Shown piece by piece: positions 8,792 to 18,568 of a stretch of DNA of 34,254 bases. The notes under the pieces were generated by a model. That model had not been told where the DNA came from. It saw nothing but the letters and a program-made list of their open reading frames with translations, and did not search any database. The DNA is taken from the NCBI GenBank assembly GCA_049650625.1, contig JBASAN010000033.1, positions 1 to 34,254 on the forward strand. Direction: 5' to 3'. Numbering within the stretch: the stretch's first letter is position 1; each line of letters starts with the position of its first letter. The translations under genes were made by a program, and so were the position numbers. This DNA is from Ornithinimicrobium sp. (GTDB taxonomy: Bacteria > Actinomycetota > Actinomycetes > Actinomycetales > Dermatophilaceae).

Positions 8792-10377
8792 CCGGCGTTC
8801 GTCGAGATCTTGCCGAGGACCTCGGGCCACCGCGCATCGAGGCGGGCCCCACCCAGACGCACGCCCCAGCGCAACGTCAGCACTCCCCATACCGGACCAA
8901 GCACCAGGGCCACCCAGCCCAGGGCGGGCGCCCAGATCGCGCCGATGACCAGCGCGACGACCGGCACGGCGACCACCAGCGACATCACCATCCCGAGGAC
9001 GACAGCGATGAACGACTCGAACGAGGTCCCGCCCCCAGAGGAGAACGGGCTCGCGCCGGGCGGTGGTGCCGGGCCCTGCCAGTGGGCGGTGACCCAGACT
9101 CCCACGCCGACACCGCCACCCAGCATCGCGGTGCTGAGCCCGAACGCGCGGGGCAGGAGGCTCCACGCGTCGGTGAGAGCAGCGATGCCGATCACGGCCG
9201 CGATCGTCACCGGGGCGGACCACACCAGGACGGCCAACCCCCGGCCCGCCAGGTCCACCCGGCCCGGGATTCCGGAGGAGATCTGGGTCCAGAAGGCGGA
9301 CCCGTCGTACGAGATGTCCTGGCTGAGCGAGATGCCGACCACGAAGGCCAGGAGCGCGGGCATCCAGATCAGCCAAGGCCCTATCCCGGTGGTGAAGACG
9401 TTGGCCAACACGATCGCCACCGGGGCGATGATGACGCCGGCCGCCGAGGCGATGTAGCGGGGATCACGCCGCCAGTAGTGCAGACACTTCGCCGCGCTTG
9501 CGCCCACCGCGTTCTTCGGCAGCAGCCGGTCCATCAACGTCACTCCTTCCCGCACGCGGACGGAGGTGGAGCCCGTAGCCACCGTCGAGGTCAACCGCAC
9601 CGCGAGGAAGTGGTGCCACAAGCCGGTCAGGACGACCACCAGGACCAGCGAGAGCACCAGCTTTGTCACGGCCGGGAGCGCGTTGCCCGAGGCCGCATCC
9701 ACCGGGGCCGACCAGGCCCACCCCAAAGGGGTCCAACCCACGACCGTGACGGCCCGGAACAGGTCGCCCTGGAGGTCCTCCCCGTCACCGAGAGCCAGGG
9801 CGTTGAGCGCGTTGGAGCCCAGCGCGAAGCTCATGAAGAGGGCGAGCAGAGCCACGCTGGCCAGGTCCTTGAAACGACGGGAGCTCAGCAGTCCGGCCAG
9901 GGCGGAGGTCAGCACGCGGGCCGACAACAGACACAGGAGGATGCCGAGCACCGCCCCCAGCAGAGCGACCACCACCGGGCCGATGCCGCGGCTCCAAGTG
10001 ACCACGGTGGCCAAGGTCACCCCGACGGTGACCACACCGGGCACTCCGACGGCTCCAGCGACCAACAGGCCGGGCAGGAGCTGTCGAGCTGAGAGCGGCA
10101 GCAGGGCGAAGCGACTCGGATCGAGGGTCTCGTCGGTGCCGAAGAGCAGGACCGGAAGCACCGTCCAGCCGAGGACCAGGGCCGATCCGCCCAGCACGAC
10201 CACGAGACCGGCCTGGTCGACGGGCAGCAGCCGTGCTGCGGCCACCCCGATGGCGCCGAAGATGAGCAGGCCCAGGCCCGCGATCAGGGCGAGGATGACC
10301 CCGACGAGTCGCCATGCGGACTGCCGCATCGCGTTGCGCAGCAGCGACAGCTTCAGTTGGACGAGGAGCGCAACCAC
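8788..10377 (-). CDS. ABC-2 type exporter permease (multi-TM membrane protein)
   Basis: GGAGG SD followed by GTG 10377 (VVALLVQLKL), overlapping the ATPase end; motifs DETLDPSRFALLPL and YWRRDPRY; about 12-14 TM segments. Confidence 0.8.
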   Translation of the reverse strand: MVALLVQLKLSLLRNAMRQSAWRLVGVILALIAGLGLLIFGAIGVAAARLLPVDQAGLVVVLGGSALVLGWTVLPVLLFGTDETLDPSRFALLPLSARQLLPGLLVAGAVGVPGVVTVGVTLATVVTWSRGIGPVVVALLGAVLGILLCLLSARVLTSALAGLLSSRRFKDLASVALLALFMSFALGSNALNALALGDGEDLQGDLFRAVTVVGWTPLGWAWSAPVDAASGNALPAVTKLVLSLVLVVVLTGLWHHFLAVRLTSTVATGSTSVRVREGVTLMDRLLPKNAVGASAAKCLHYWRRDPRYIASAAGVIIAPVAIVLANVFTTGIGPWLIWMPALLAFVVGISLSQDISYDGSAFWTQISSGIPGRVDLAGRGLAVLVWSAPVTIAAVIGIAALTDAWSLLPRAFGLSTAMLGGGVGVGVWVTAHWQGPAPPPGASPFSSGGGTSFESFIAVVLGMVMSLVVAVPVVALVIGAIWAPALGWVALVLGPVWGVLTLRWGVRLGGARLDARWPEVLGKISTNAG

Positions 10378-11123
10378 GCCAGTCCCTCCGGGTTGGTCTC
10401 CTTGGTCCCGACCAGGGTGAGGAAGCGTTGCTGGAGGGACAGGCCGTCGCGCACCTCGTCCAACGACCCCACGGCGAGCACCCGCCCCCCAGCGACGACT
10501 GCCAGGCGTTGACACAGGTTCTCGACCAGCTCCATGACGTGGCTCGACAACACCACGGTGCCGCCCCCGGCGACGTACTGCCGCAGGATCGAACGGATCA
10601 CCTCCCCGGAGACGGGGTCGACGGCTTCGAACGGTTCGTCGAGGAGGAGAAGCCGTGGGGCATGGATAAGGGCACAGGCCAGGCCGACCTTTTTGGTCAT
10701 GCCTGCGGAGTAGTCGACGACCAGGGTGTTGGCGTCCTCGGCGAGGTCCAACGTGCTCAGCAGTTCCTCGGTCCTCGGTGCGAGGTCGGCGGTGGACACC
10801 CCGCGCAACCGACCCACGTAGGTCAGCAGCTCGCGACCGGTCAGTCGGTCGAACAGCCGGAGCCCGTCGGGCAGTACCCCCATCAACGCCTTGGCTCGTT
10901 GCGGATCGGACCATACGTCGTGACCGAGCACCGTCGCGGTGCCGTGGGTCGGTCGCAACAGCCCGGTGGCCATCGAGAGGGTCGTGGTCTTGCCCGCACC
11001 GTTGGGTCCGACCAGGCCGAACATCACCCCGGCGGGGACGGTCAGGCTCAGTCGGTCCACGGCGCGTTTGGCGCCGAAGTCCCGGACCAGGTCGGTGAGC
11101 ATCAACGCGGGGACATCAGCCAT
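10353..11123 (-). CDS. ABC transporter ATP-binding protein
   Basis: Motifs GPNGAGKTT, YSAGMTKK, LLLLDEP and SSH; TAGCGT 7 nt before ATG 11123. Confidence 0.92.
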   Translation of the reverse strand: MADVPALMLTDLVRDFGAKRAVDRLSLTVPAGVMFGLVGPNGAGKTTTLSMATGLLRPTHGTATVLGHDVWSDPQRAKALMGVLPDGLRLFDRLTGRELLTYVGRLRGVSTADLAPRTEELLSTLDLAEDANTLVVDYSAGMTKKVGLACALIHAPRLLLLDEPFEAVDPVSGEVIRSILRQYVAGGGTVVLSSHVMELVENLCQRLAVVAGGRVLAVGSLDEVRDGLSLQQRFLTLVGTKETNPEGLAWLRSSSN

Positions 11124-11198
11124 GAATCGCACGCTACAGCCCCGTGGATCTGACCTGTTGCACTTGCCCTGGCGGCCCGCGAGGGTCAGAGTCGGGTC

Positions 11199-11885
11199 AT
11201 GGCGACCCCTGTCACGAGCGTGGTGTTCGACGTCAACGAGACCTTGTCGGACCTCAGCGCGATGCGTGAGCGGTTCACCGATGTCGGGGCCCCGGCCGAC
11301 CTTGCCGCAGTGTGGTTCGCCTCCGTGCTGCGGGACGGTTTCGCGCTCTCGACGTGTGGGCAACAGGCCCCCTTCGCGGATATCGCACGAGGAATCCTGA
11401 CCTCGTCACTGCCGACCGCTTCGCTGGATCGTCCGCTCCCGGACGCTGTCGACCATGTCATGGAGGGCTTCATGTCCTTGGGGGTGCATCCCGATGTCAC
11501 CGCGGGCGTAGCGGCGCTGAGCGATGCGGGGTTGCGCCTGGTGACGTTGTCGAACGGTTCCGCCGGGGTCGCTGACGCGTTGCTCACCCGGGCAGGTCTG
11601 CGGGACCGTTTCGAGGCGCTGCTGACGGTGGAGGATGCGGGGATGTGGAAGCCGTCGCAGGCGGCATACGTGTATGCCGCGAGCCAGTGCGGTGAGGAGC
11701 TGTCACGGATGGTCCTGGTCGCGGTGCACCCGTGGGACCTGCACGGTGCCCGCGCGGCCGGTATGCAGACCGCCTGGATCAACCGCACCGGCAGCGCCTA
11801 CCCCGTTCACTTCACCCGCCCGGACCTGCAGGTCAGGGGCCTCGACGAGCTTCCGAGGGCCCTTCGTGATGGGCTCCCGCGATGA
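11199..11885 (+). CDS. Haloacid dehalogenase type II (HAD superfamily)
   Basis: Motifs FDVNETL, TLSNG, WKP and VAVHPWDLHGA. Confidence 0.88.
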   Translation: MATPVTSVVFDVNETLSDLSAMRERFTDVGAPADLAAVWFASVLRDGFALSTCGQQAPFADIARGILTSSLPTASLDRPLPDAVDHVMEGFMSLGVHPDVTAGVAALSDAGLRLVTLSNGSAGVADALLTRAGLRDRFEALLTVEDAGMWKPSQAAYVYAASQCGEELSRMVLVAVHPWDLHGARAAGMQTAWINRTGSAYPVHFTRPDLQVRGLDELPRALRDGLPR

Positions 11886-12000
11886 CCATCGCCGTCAGTC
11901 TCTTCGCCGAGCCCAGGGTGGCCACGCAGCCGGTCCAGTCAGACGTGACCCCCGGATAAATCCCTCGTGGTGTGTCCGCCTTCGACGCTACGGTCGGGAC

Positions 12001-12567
12001 ATGACCGAGCAGCCACCGGCAGGCGAGACCCATCTCGATGAGCAGGGTCGGCCCGAGCCACCGCTGCACGCTTCGGAGATCGACACACTGACGGGTTTCC
12101 TGGACTTCCAGCGAGCGACGCTGGAGTGGCGGTGCCGAGACCTCAGTGATGAGCAGTTGCGCACGGCCCTGCACCCCACGTCGATGACTCTGGGCGGTCT
12201 GCTCAAACACCTCGCGTTGGTGGAGGACGACTGGTTCACCGCCAACGTAGGTCAGCAGTCGATGCCAGAGCCGTGGGTGAGCGTGGACTGGGAAGCCGAC
12301 GGGGACTGGGAGTGGCATTCGGCCACACATGACACGGGAGATGACCTGCGCGCCTTGTGGCAGCGGGCCGTGGAGCGTTCTCGCGCGGTGGTGCAGTCGC
12401 GGCTGGCGGAGGACCCCGCGGGGGCGCTCGACCGCTGCTCCCCGGCCAGCGGCGGTCGGGAGGTGTCGATGCGGTGGGTGTTGGTCCACATGATCGAGGA
12501 GTATGCACGGCACAACGGCCACGCGGACCTGCTACGTGAGTCGATCGACGGTCAGACGGGGGAGTAG
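12001..12567 (+). CDS. DinB/DUF664 family protein (putative mycothiol-dependent transferase)
   Basis: Motifs LGGLLKHLALVE and VHMIEEYARHNGHADLLRE; TACGGT 6 nt before ATG 12001. Confidence 0.88.
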   Translation: MTEQPPAGETHLDEQGRPEPPLHASEIDTLTGFLDFQRATLEWRCRDLSDEQLRTALHPTSMTLGGLLKHLALVEDDWFTANVGQQSMPEPWVSVDWEADGDWEWHSATHDTGDDLRALWQRAVERSRAVVQSRLAEDPAGALDRCSPASGGREVSMRWVLVHMIEEYARHNGHADLLRESIDGQTGE

Positions 12568-12608
12568 GCGCGGTCGGCGACGACGGGGCGGCTGCCACAC
12601 TGGCTCGC

Positions 12609-13259
12609 ATGACGACGTCAGCGGCGCGGATCGCTTTGGCCGCAGCCGCGGCATACCTGGTCGTGACCGGCGTCCGACTGCGCACCTGGGGCACGCGGGG
12701 CGATGAGGCCACACGGGAGCTGCCCAGTGAGGCTCTGATGCCGCAGTCTGGGGCAGCGCTGACCCACGCCATCACTATCGACGCCCCACCCGACCGTGTC
12801 TGGCCGTGGATTGCACAGCTCGGTCAGGATAAGGGCGGCTTCTACAGTTACGCCTGGCTGGAGAACCTCGGCGGCGCCGGGATCGTCAACGCCGACCACG
12901 TCGAGCCGGCATGGCAGGACCCGCAGCCCGGTGACCTGCTGCGGCTGCACCCCGCCATCGCCCTGGAGATCATCCGGGTCGTGCCCGAGGAGCTGCTGGT
13001 CGTCTCCAGGCCCGTCCGCGCGGGTCTCGGTTTCCACTGGATCTTCCTCCTGAGCCCCCACGGGCAGGGCCGGACGCGATTCCTGGTGCGCGAGAGGTAC
13101 GTCGTTCCGTGGGCCCCGGCACGCAAGGTTGCCGCCGTCGTCACGGTGGGCAGTGCCATCATGTCGCGCCGGATGGTGTTGGGGATCAAGGCGCGAGCCG
13201 AAGCCGCACTCCAGCCACCATCCGCCGAGTCGCCGCAGGGGATGAGCCGCCCCCGGTGA
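12609..13259 (+). CDS. SRPBCC-family protein
   Basis: Motif AITIDAPPDRVWPWIAQLGQDKGGFYSY.WLEN and C-terminal MSRRMVLGIKARAE. Confidence 0.75.
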   Translation: MTTSAARIALAAAAAYLVVTGVRLRTWGTRGDEATRELPSEALMPQSGAALTHAITIDAPPDRVWPWIAQLGQDKGGFYSYAWLENLGGAGIVNADHVEPAWQDPQPGDLLRLHPAIALEIIRVVPEELLVVSRPVRAGLGFHWIFLLSPHGQGRTRFLVRERYVVPWAPARKVAAVVTVGSAIMSRRMVLGIKARAEAALQPPSAESPQGMSRPR

Positions 13260-13316
13260 GGCCCTGCACGAGGATCCTCCGCAGGAGGGTAGGTCTGGGT
13301 CACTACGATCCAGGGT

Positions 13317-13814
13317 ATGCGTGCTCCGACGTGGCAGTCTCTGGGTGGCGATCACCGGGTGATGCGCCACTTCATGAACATCTGGCCCCCGTTCGCCGGG
13401 TCCGGCATCCACATCGAGCATCTGGGCGCGGACTTCCGCACGGCGCGCGTGGCGTTGCACCATCGCTGGTGGGCCCGCAACTACGTGGGCACCCTGTTCG
13501 GCGGTGCGATCTTCGCGATGACGGACCCCTGGTGGATGGTCCTGGTGTTACGCAGCCTGGGGCCCGACTACGTCGTGTGGGACAAAGCCGCCGAGATCGA
13601 GTTCGTGGCCCCCGGTCGCTCGACGGTCCGGGCCAGCTATGTCGTCACCGACGAGCTGCTGCAGGAGTTGAGAGAGGCTGCGACCGGGGGCGCCAAGGTG
13701 CTGCGATGGTTGGAAACCGACGTGGTGACGGACGACGGCGCGGTGGTCGCACGAGTGCGCAAACAGCTCTACGTGCGGGAACGTCGAAAGGCGGCCGCCA
13801 CCAGCGGCACCTAG
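13317..13814 (+). CDS. DUF4442 / PaaI-like hotdog-fold thioesterase
   Basis: Motifs NIWPPFAGSGI, NYVGTLFGGAIFAMTDP and VVWDKAAEIEF; TACGAT 7 nt upstream. Confidence 0.85.
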   Translation: MRAPTWQSLGGDHRVMRHFMNIWPPFAGSGIHIEHLGADFRTARVALHHRWWARNYVGTLFGGAIFAMTDPWWMVLVLRSLGPDYVVWDKAAEIEFVAPGRSTVRASYVVTDELLQELREAATGGAKVLRWLETDVVTDDGAVVARVRKQLYVRERRKAAATSGT

Positions 13815-13821
13815 AGATTCT

Positions 13822-13861
13822 GCCGTTCGTCGGCTGGCGGGTGGCCCGCCGGGGGGACGGC
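13822..13861 (+). terminator. GC-rich hairpin after the DUF4442 gene, probable terminator
   Basis: Inner stem CTGGCGGG-TGG-CCCGCCGG and outer stem GCCGTTC/GGACGGC; no U-tract. Confidence 0.4.
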
Positions 13862-13884
13862 TGTGCTCACCTAGGATTGAGAGC

Positions 13885-13953
13885 ATGTCCGCGACCGTGT
13901 TTCTGGCGAGCCCTGATGGGAGCCGGCGCCCTGATGCTGCCGTGATTCTGTGA
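13885..13953 (+). CDS. Putative leaderless 22-aa uORF (MSATVFLASPDGSRRPDAAVIL) coupled to the CNNM gene
   Basis: TAGGAT (13872-13877) lies 7 nt before ATG 13885. Its TGA overlaps the GTG start at 13950 (GTGA). Confidence 0.45.
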   Translation: MSATVFLASPDGSRRPDAAVIL

Positions 13954-15386
13954 TCACGACCCTGCTGTTGTTGCTTGTGGGCATCGTGGTGATCGTCCTG
14001 ATCATCGCCGTGAACGGATACTTCGTCGCCCAGGAGTTCGCGTACATGTCGGTCGACCGCAACCGACTGGCGGCCCGGGCGGAGGCCGGTGATGCGTCGG
14101 CCCAACGTGCCCTGAAGGTGACCAAGCGCACCTCGTTCATGTTGTCCGGTGCCCAACTCGGCATCACCGTGACCGGCCTGCTTGTGGGATACGTGGCGGA
14201 GCCGCTCGTCGGCCGACAGCTGGGAAGCCTGCTCGACGGGGCCGGGGTCTCGATGGCGGTCAGCATCTCGATCGGGACCATCGCCGCGCTCGTGGTGGCC
14301 ACCGGGGTGCAGATGATCTTCGGCGAGCTCTATCCCAAGAACCTGGCCATCGCGAACGCCGAGCCCATGGCGCGCTGGATGGCTCGGTCGACACTGATCT
14401 ATCTCGCCGTCTTCGGTTGGTTGATCGCCCTCTTCGACCGATCGGCCAACGCCGTGCTGCGACTTGTGGGCATCACCCCCATCCACGACCTCGACGCCAC
14501 GGCGAACGCCCAGGATCTGGAGCGCATCCTGGCTGACTCCCGCGACAGTGGGCACCTGCCGCAGGAGCTGTTCCTGCTGCTGGACCGGATCATCGACTTC
14601 CCGGACCAGGATGTCGAGCACGCCATGATCCCCCGAGCGCGCGTCGACACGGTAGGTACGGATACCCAGGTCGGCGAGGTCCTCTCCTTGATGGCCACTG
14701 GCCACACCCGATACCCGGTGGTGGGAGACCACGGAGATCCGCTCGGGGTCGTCCAGCTGACCGACATCTTGCGCGAAGAGGTCGAGGAGGGAGTGGACGT
14801 GGGGTCGATCATGCGCCCCGCCGTCATCGTGCCGACGCTGATGTCCCTCCCCGCTGCGGCCGAGGCGCTGACGAAGGCCAGACAGAACATGGCCTGTGTG
14901 ATCGACGAGTACGGCGGGTTCGCCGGTGTGCTCACGATGGAGGACCTGGCCGAGGAACTGGTGGGGGAGATCACCGATGAGCACGACCAGGAGATGCCCG
15001 AGCTCATCGTGCCCGGGGCGCAGGACCAGTGGCAGATGGACGGCGATGTCCCGGTCGACGAGGTCGAACGTGCCGTAGGGCATCGGATCCCCGAGGGTGA
15101 CTACGAGACCATCGCCGGCCTGGTGATTGCGGAGTCGGGGGAGCTGCTGGAGGTCGGCCGCACGATTACGGTCGCGCTACCCCAGGACCCGGCCGAGCTG
15201 GTCTCGGATGAACCGCTCAGCCACGCTTTGGAGATCGAGGTGCTCGAGGTCGCCCGCCACGTGCCCAGCCAGGTGCGCGTGCGGCTCCTGGCCTGGGAGA
15301 CCGACGAGGACGGTGAGGGCCATTCCGAGGCGGAGCAGGACACCACGGGCGGACCCTCGTCCGAGCGTGGGGGTGACGTGAGATGA
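13950..15386 (+). CDS. CNNM/DUF21-CBS-CorC 'hemolysin family' protein (Mg2+/Co2+ transport related)
   Basis: Motifs NGYFVAQEFA, AQLGITVT, IFGELYPKN, a CBS pair with VIDEYGG, and C-terminal YETIAGL. Confidence 0.9.
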   Translation: MITTLLLLLVGIVVIVLIIAVNGYFVAQEFAYMSVDRNRLAARAEAGDASAQRALKVTKRTSFMLSGAQLGITVTGLLVGYVAEPLVGRQLGSLLDGAGVSMAVSISIGTIAALVVATGVQMIFGELYPKNLAIANAEPMARWMARSTLIYLAVFGWLIALFDRSANAVLRLVGITPIHDLDATANAQDLERILADSRDSGHLPQELFLLLDRIIDFPDQDVEHAMIPRARVDTVGTDTQVGEVLSLMATGHTRYPVVGDHGDPLGVVQLTDILREEVEEGVDVGSIMRPAVIVPTLMSLPAAAEALTKARQNMACVIDEYGGFAGVLTMEDLAEELVGEITDEHDQEMPELIVPGAQDQWQMDGDVPVDEVERAVGHRIPEGDYETIAGLVIAESGELLEVGRTITVALPQDPAELVSDEPLSHALEIEVLEVARHVPSQVRVRLLAWETDEDGEGHSEAEQDTTGGPSSERGGDVR

Positions 15387-16432
15387 ACGACCCCTTTGTG
15401 GTGATCGCGGTGACGACGCTGCTCATCGTGCTGAGCGGCTTCTTCGTGGTGATCGAGTTCGGGATGCTCGGTGCCCGTCGCCATCGGTTGGAGGCTGAGG
15501 CCTCCGCATCGCCGAGGGCGCGAGCCGCCCTCCGGGGGGCCAACGAGCTGACCTTGATGCTGGCCGGCGCCCAGCTGGGCATCACCGCCTGCACGTTCGC
15601 CCTCGGCGCGGTGACGAAGCCGGCCGTGGACCAGTGGCTCGAGCCGGCGTTTTCAGCGATCGGCGTCCCGGGGTGGATCGCCGGGGGAGCCTCGTTCGGT
15701 CTGTCACTGCTCGTCGTGACGTTCTTGCACCTCGTCGTGGGGGAGATGGCCCCGAAGTCCTGGGCGATCGGTCACCCGGAAACCGCGGCCAAGCTGGTGG
15801 GCATCCCCGCTCGGGCCTTCATCACCGTGGTCCGTCCCTTCTTGCTGGGGGTGAACGCCGTGGCCAACCGGCTCGTCGCGGCGAGCGGGGTGACCCCCGC
15901 GGACCGGGCCGCCGTGGGCGGGCAGGACGCCGAGACGATCCGCCATCTCGTGGAGCAGTCGGCGGCGACGGGGGCGCTGGACACCACCTTCGAGGCGCAC
16001 ATCACCCAGGCCCTGGCGTTGGAGGAGCTGACCGTCGGAGACCTGATGACCGAAGGGAGCCGCCCCGTCGCGGTCCCGGTGGGAGCGTCCGTGCGGGAGG
16101 TGAGGGAGGCCGCCGCGCGCAGCGGGCACCTGCGCATTCTGCTCGCCGACCACGATGGACATCTGACCGGGGTCGTGCACGTCCGGGACACGTTGAACGA
16201 AGAGGCCGATGACTCCGTCGCGGGGCTTGGTCGACCCACCCTGATGCTCACCCCGGCCACTCCGGTGTACCAGGCGCTGACGGTGATGCGACAGCACGGG
16301 GAGCAGCTGGCCGTGGTCACGACCGGCCCCGGGGCCATGGGCGTGATCACCGTGACCGACATCCTGCGCCGCGTGTTGCCCCCGGCACGGACGTCGAGCG
16401 CCGGCGGTGGGGCACCACGACCTGCCCGATGA
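15383..16432 (+). CDS. Second CNNM/DUF21-CBS protein
   Basis: Motifs SGFFVVIEF, AQLGIT and HLVVGEMAPKS plus a CBS pair; ATGA overlap. Confidence 0.88.
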   Translation: MNDPFVVIAVTTLLIVLSGFFVVIEFGMLGARRHRLEAEASASPRARAALRGANELTLMLAGAQLGITACTFALGAVTKPAVDQWLEPAFSAIGVPGWIAGGASFGLSLLVVTFLHLVVGEMAPKSWAIGHPETAAKLVGIPARAFITVVRPFLLGVNAVANRLVAASGVTPADRAAVGGQDAETIRHLVEQSAATGALDTTFEAHITQALALEELTVGDLMTEGSRPVAVPVGASVREVREAAARSGHLRILLADHDGHLTGVVHVRDTLNEEADDSVAGLGRPTLMLTPATPVYQALTVMRQHGEQLAVVTTGPGAMGVITVTDILRRVLPPARTSSAGGGAPRPAR

Positions 16433-17631
16433 GCCGGTACGACGCCGTCGTGGTCGGGGCAGGCATCCTCGGCCTGGCCGTGGCCCGAGCGGTCCGCCGA
16501 GCTGACCCCGGTGCCACCGTGGCCGTGCTCGAGTGTGAGCCTGAGGTGGGAGCCCACCAGACCAGCCACAACTCCGGGGTCATTCACAGTGGCGTCTACT
16601 ACAAACCGGGGTCGCTGAAGGCGCGACTGTGCGTCGAAGGCGCCACCGCGATGTATGAGTTCTGCGACACCCACGGCATACCCACGCGCCGATGCGGCAA
16701 GCTGATCATCGCGCGTCGCCCCGGCGAACTCGTCCGACTCGACGAGCTGGAGCGTCGGGGCCGAGCCAACAAGGTGTCCGGTCTGACCCGGGTGACCGCC
16801 CACGGCATACCCGAGATCGAGCCAAACGCCGCGGGTGTGGCAGCTCTGCACATCGCGTCCACCGGCATCGTGGACTACGGCCGGGTTGCCCGCGTCCTGG
16901 CCGACGAGCTACGTGCCGACGGCGTCGACATCCACTGTGGAGTTGCCGTCGACCGAGTCATTCCACGGCGATCGGTCGCCGTCATCGAGCACGCCAAGGG
17001 GGCGATCGAAGCGAGCCGTGTCATCGTCTGCGCCGGTCTATGGTCCGACCGTGTGGCGCGCCGATCCGGAGCCGGACCCGATCCACGGATCGTGCCCTTC
17101 CGAGGGGCTTATCTCCGGCTCAAAGAGGTCGATCCGCCCTTGGTGTCCGGCCTGGTCTACCCCGTGCCGGATCCTGCGCTGCCGTTCCTCGGTGTGCACA
17201 TCACGCCCACGATCGACGGTGCCGTGCTGTTGGGGCCCACGGCGCTGCCGGTCGCCAGCCGCACGGCCTACCGGCTGGCCACGCTCAGCCTGCACGACGC
17301 CCTGGAGACCCTCATCTGGCCCGGATCGTGGCGCGCCGCTCGGGATTTGTGGTGGCCCGGCCTGGACGAGGCACGGATGGCTGCCAGCAGGCGTGCCTTC
17401 GTGCGGGCCTGCGCTGACTACGTGCCGTCGCTGTCGCTCGGTGACCTCGACGGGACCGGCCCAGCGGGAGTCCGGGCCCAGGCGATGGCACGGGACGGCA
17501 GCCTCCTCGACGACTTCGTGATCGAGCGGGACGGTCCGGTCGCTCACGTCCGGAACGCCCCGTCGCCGGCCGCCACGTCGGCGTTTGCGCTGGCCGCCGA
17601 GATCGTCCGGCGTCTGGGGCCGGACACGTAG
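16429..17631 (+). CDS. lhgO: L-2-hydroxyglutarate oxidase family FAD enzyme
   Basis: Motifs GAGILGLA, HQTSHNSGVIHSGVYYKPGSLKA.LC, YPVPDPALPFLGVH, GVRAQA and NAPSPAATS. Confidence 0.88.
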   Translation: MSRYDAVVVGAGILGLAVARAVRRADPGATVAVLECEPEVGAHQTSHNSGVIHSGVYYKPGSLKARLCVEGATAMYEFCDTHGIPTRRCGKLIIARRPGELVRLDELERRGRANKVSGLTRVTAHGIPEIEPNAAGVAALHIASTGIVDYGRVARVLADELRADGVDIHCGVAVDRVIPRRSVAVIEHAKGAIEASRVIVCAGLWSDRVARRSGAGPDPRIVPFRGAYLRLKEVDPPLVSGLVYPVPDPALPFLGVHITPTIDGAVLLGPTALPVASRTAYRLATLSLHDALETLIWPGSWRAARDLWWPGLDEARMAASRRAFVRACADYVPSLSLGDLDGTGPAGVRAQAMARDGSLLDDFVIERDGPVAHVRNAPSPAATSAFALAAEIVRRLGPDT

Positions 17632-17666
17632 CTCCTCTGCGGGAGACCCTCCCGCGGAGACGGAGC
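17631..17666 (+). terminator. Stem-loop terminator candidate after lhgO
   Basis: CTCTGCGGGAG-ACC-CTCCCGCGGAG stem with flanking GCTCC/GGAGC, directly after the stop. Confidence 0.5.
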
Positions 17667-17689
17667 CAGGGTCAGTCACACTGGTCTGC

Positions 17690-18532
17690 ATGCCTGAGCT
17701 GCCGGAGGTCGAGAGCGCTCGCGCGATCATCGAACACCGTGCCCTGGGCCGGCAGATCACCGAGGTGGACGACGCGGACACCTGGGTGTGCCGACCACAC
17801 GCGACGGGGGACCTGCGCAGCGCGTTGGTCGGCCGGAGATTGACCGCCGCTCGGCGTCAGGGCAAGTCCATGTGGTGTGAGACCTCACCGCTGGACGATG
17901 AGGAGCCGACCGGTCCGGATCTCGGAATCCACCTCGGGATGAGTGGCCGCATCGTGGTCAGCGAGGTCGATGGGGCGCACATCGAGGGCGGCGACTGGCA
18001 GGGCGGACGGTACGGCCGAGGGGCACACGGCGTCGACCGCAAGCCGGAGTGGGACCGCTTCACCCTGACCTTCTCCGATGGGGGAACGTTGCGGTTGTTC
18101 GACAAGCGGCGGCTGGGTCGGGTTCGGCTCGACCCGCCTCTGGAGGCCCTCGGACCCGACGCCGAGCGCGTCGGGGAGGTCGAGTTCGTCGAGCGGATGG
18201 GGCGGAGTCGCTCGGCGGTCAAGGCACGGCTGCTCGACCAGTCCGTGGTGGCTGGGGTCGGCAACCTGTTGGCCGACGAGACGCTATGGCAGGCCAAGGT
18301 ATGTCCGACGCGCACGGTCGACCGGATGTCCGCCGAAGAGCTCGTCGCCCTCCACGCCGCCCTGGGAGAGGCGACCCAAGCGGCCATCCGTCAGGGTGGG
18401 GTGCACACCGGCGCCGTCATCGCCTTCCGCAAAGCGGGGGCTCGATGTCCTCGCTGTGACGGTGAGATGGTGCGCGACACGGTCGGTGGCAGGACCACCT
18501 GGTGGTGTGCCCGGGAACAGGCCGCCGGCTGA
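17690..18532 (+). CDS. Fpg/Nei family DNA glycosylase/AP lyase
   Basis: N-terminal MPELPEVE, HLGMSG, H2TH AGVGNLLADE and C-terminal CPRC...TTWWC finger. Confidence 0.92.
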   Translation: MPELPEVESARAIIEHRALGRQITEVDDADTWVCRPHATGDLRSALVGRRLTAARRQGKSMWCETSPLDDEEPTGPDLGIHLGMSGRIVVSEVDGAHIEGGDWQGGRYGRGAHGVDRKPEWDRFTLTFSDGGTLRLFDKRRLGRVRLDPPLEALGPDAERVGEVEFVERMGRSRSAVKARLLDQSVVAGVGNLLADETLWQAKVCPTRTVDRMSAEELVALHAALGEATQAAIRQGGVHTGAVIAFRKAGARCPRCDGEMVRDTVGGRTTWWCAREQAAG

Positions 18533-18568
18533 CCACGGCCCGCAGCTCGATGCGACCGACCAGCACCG

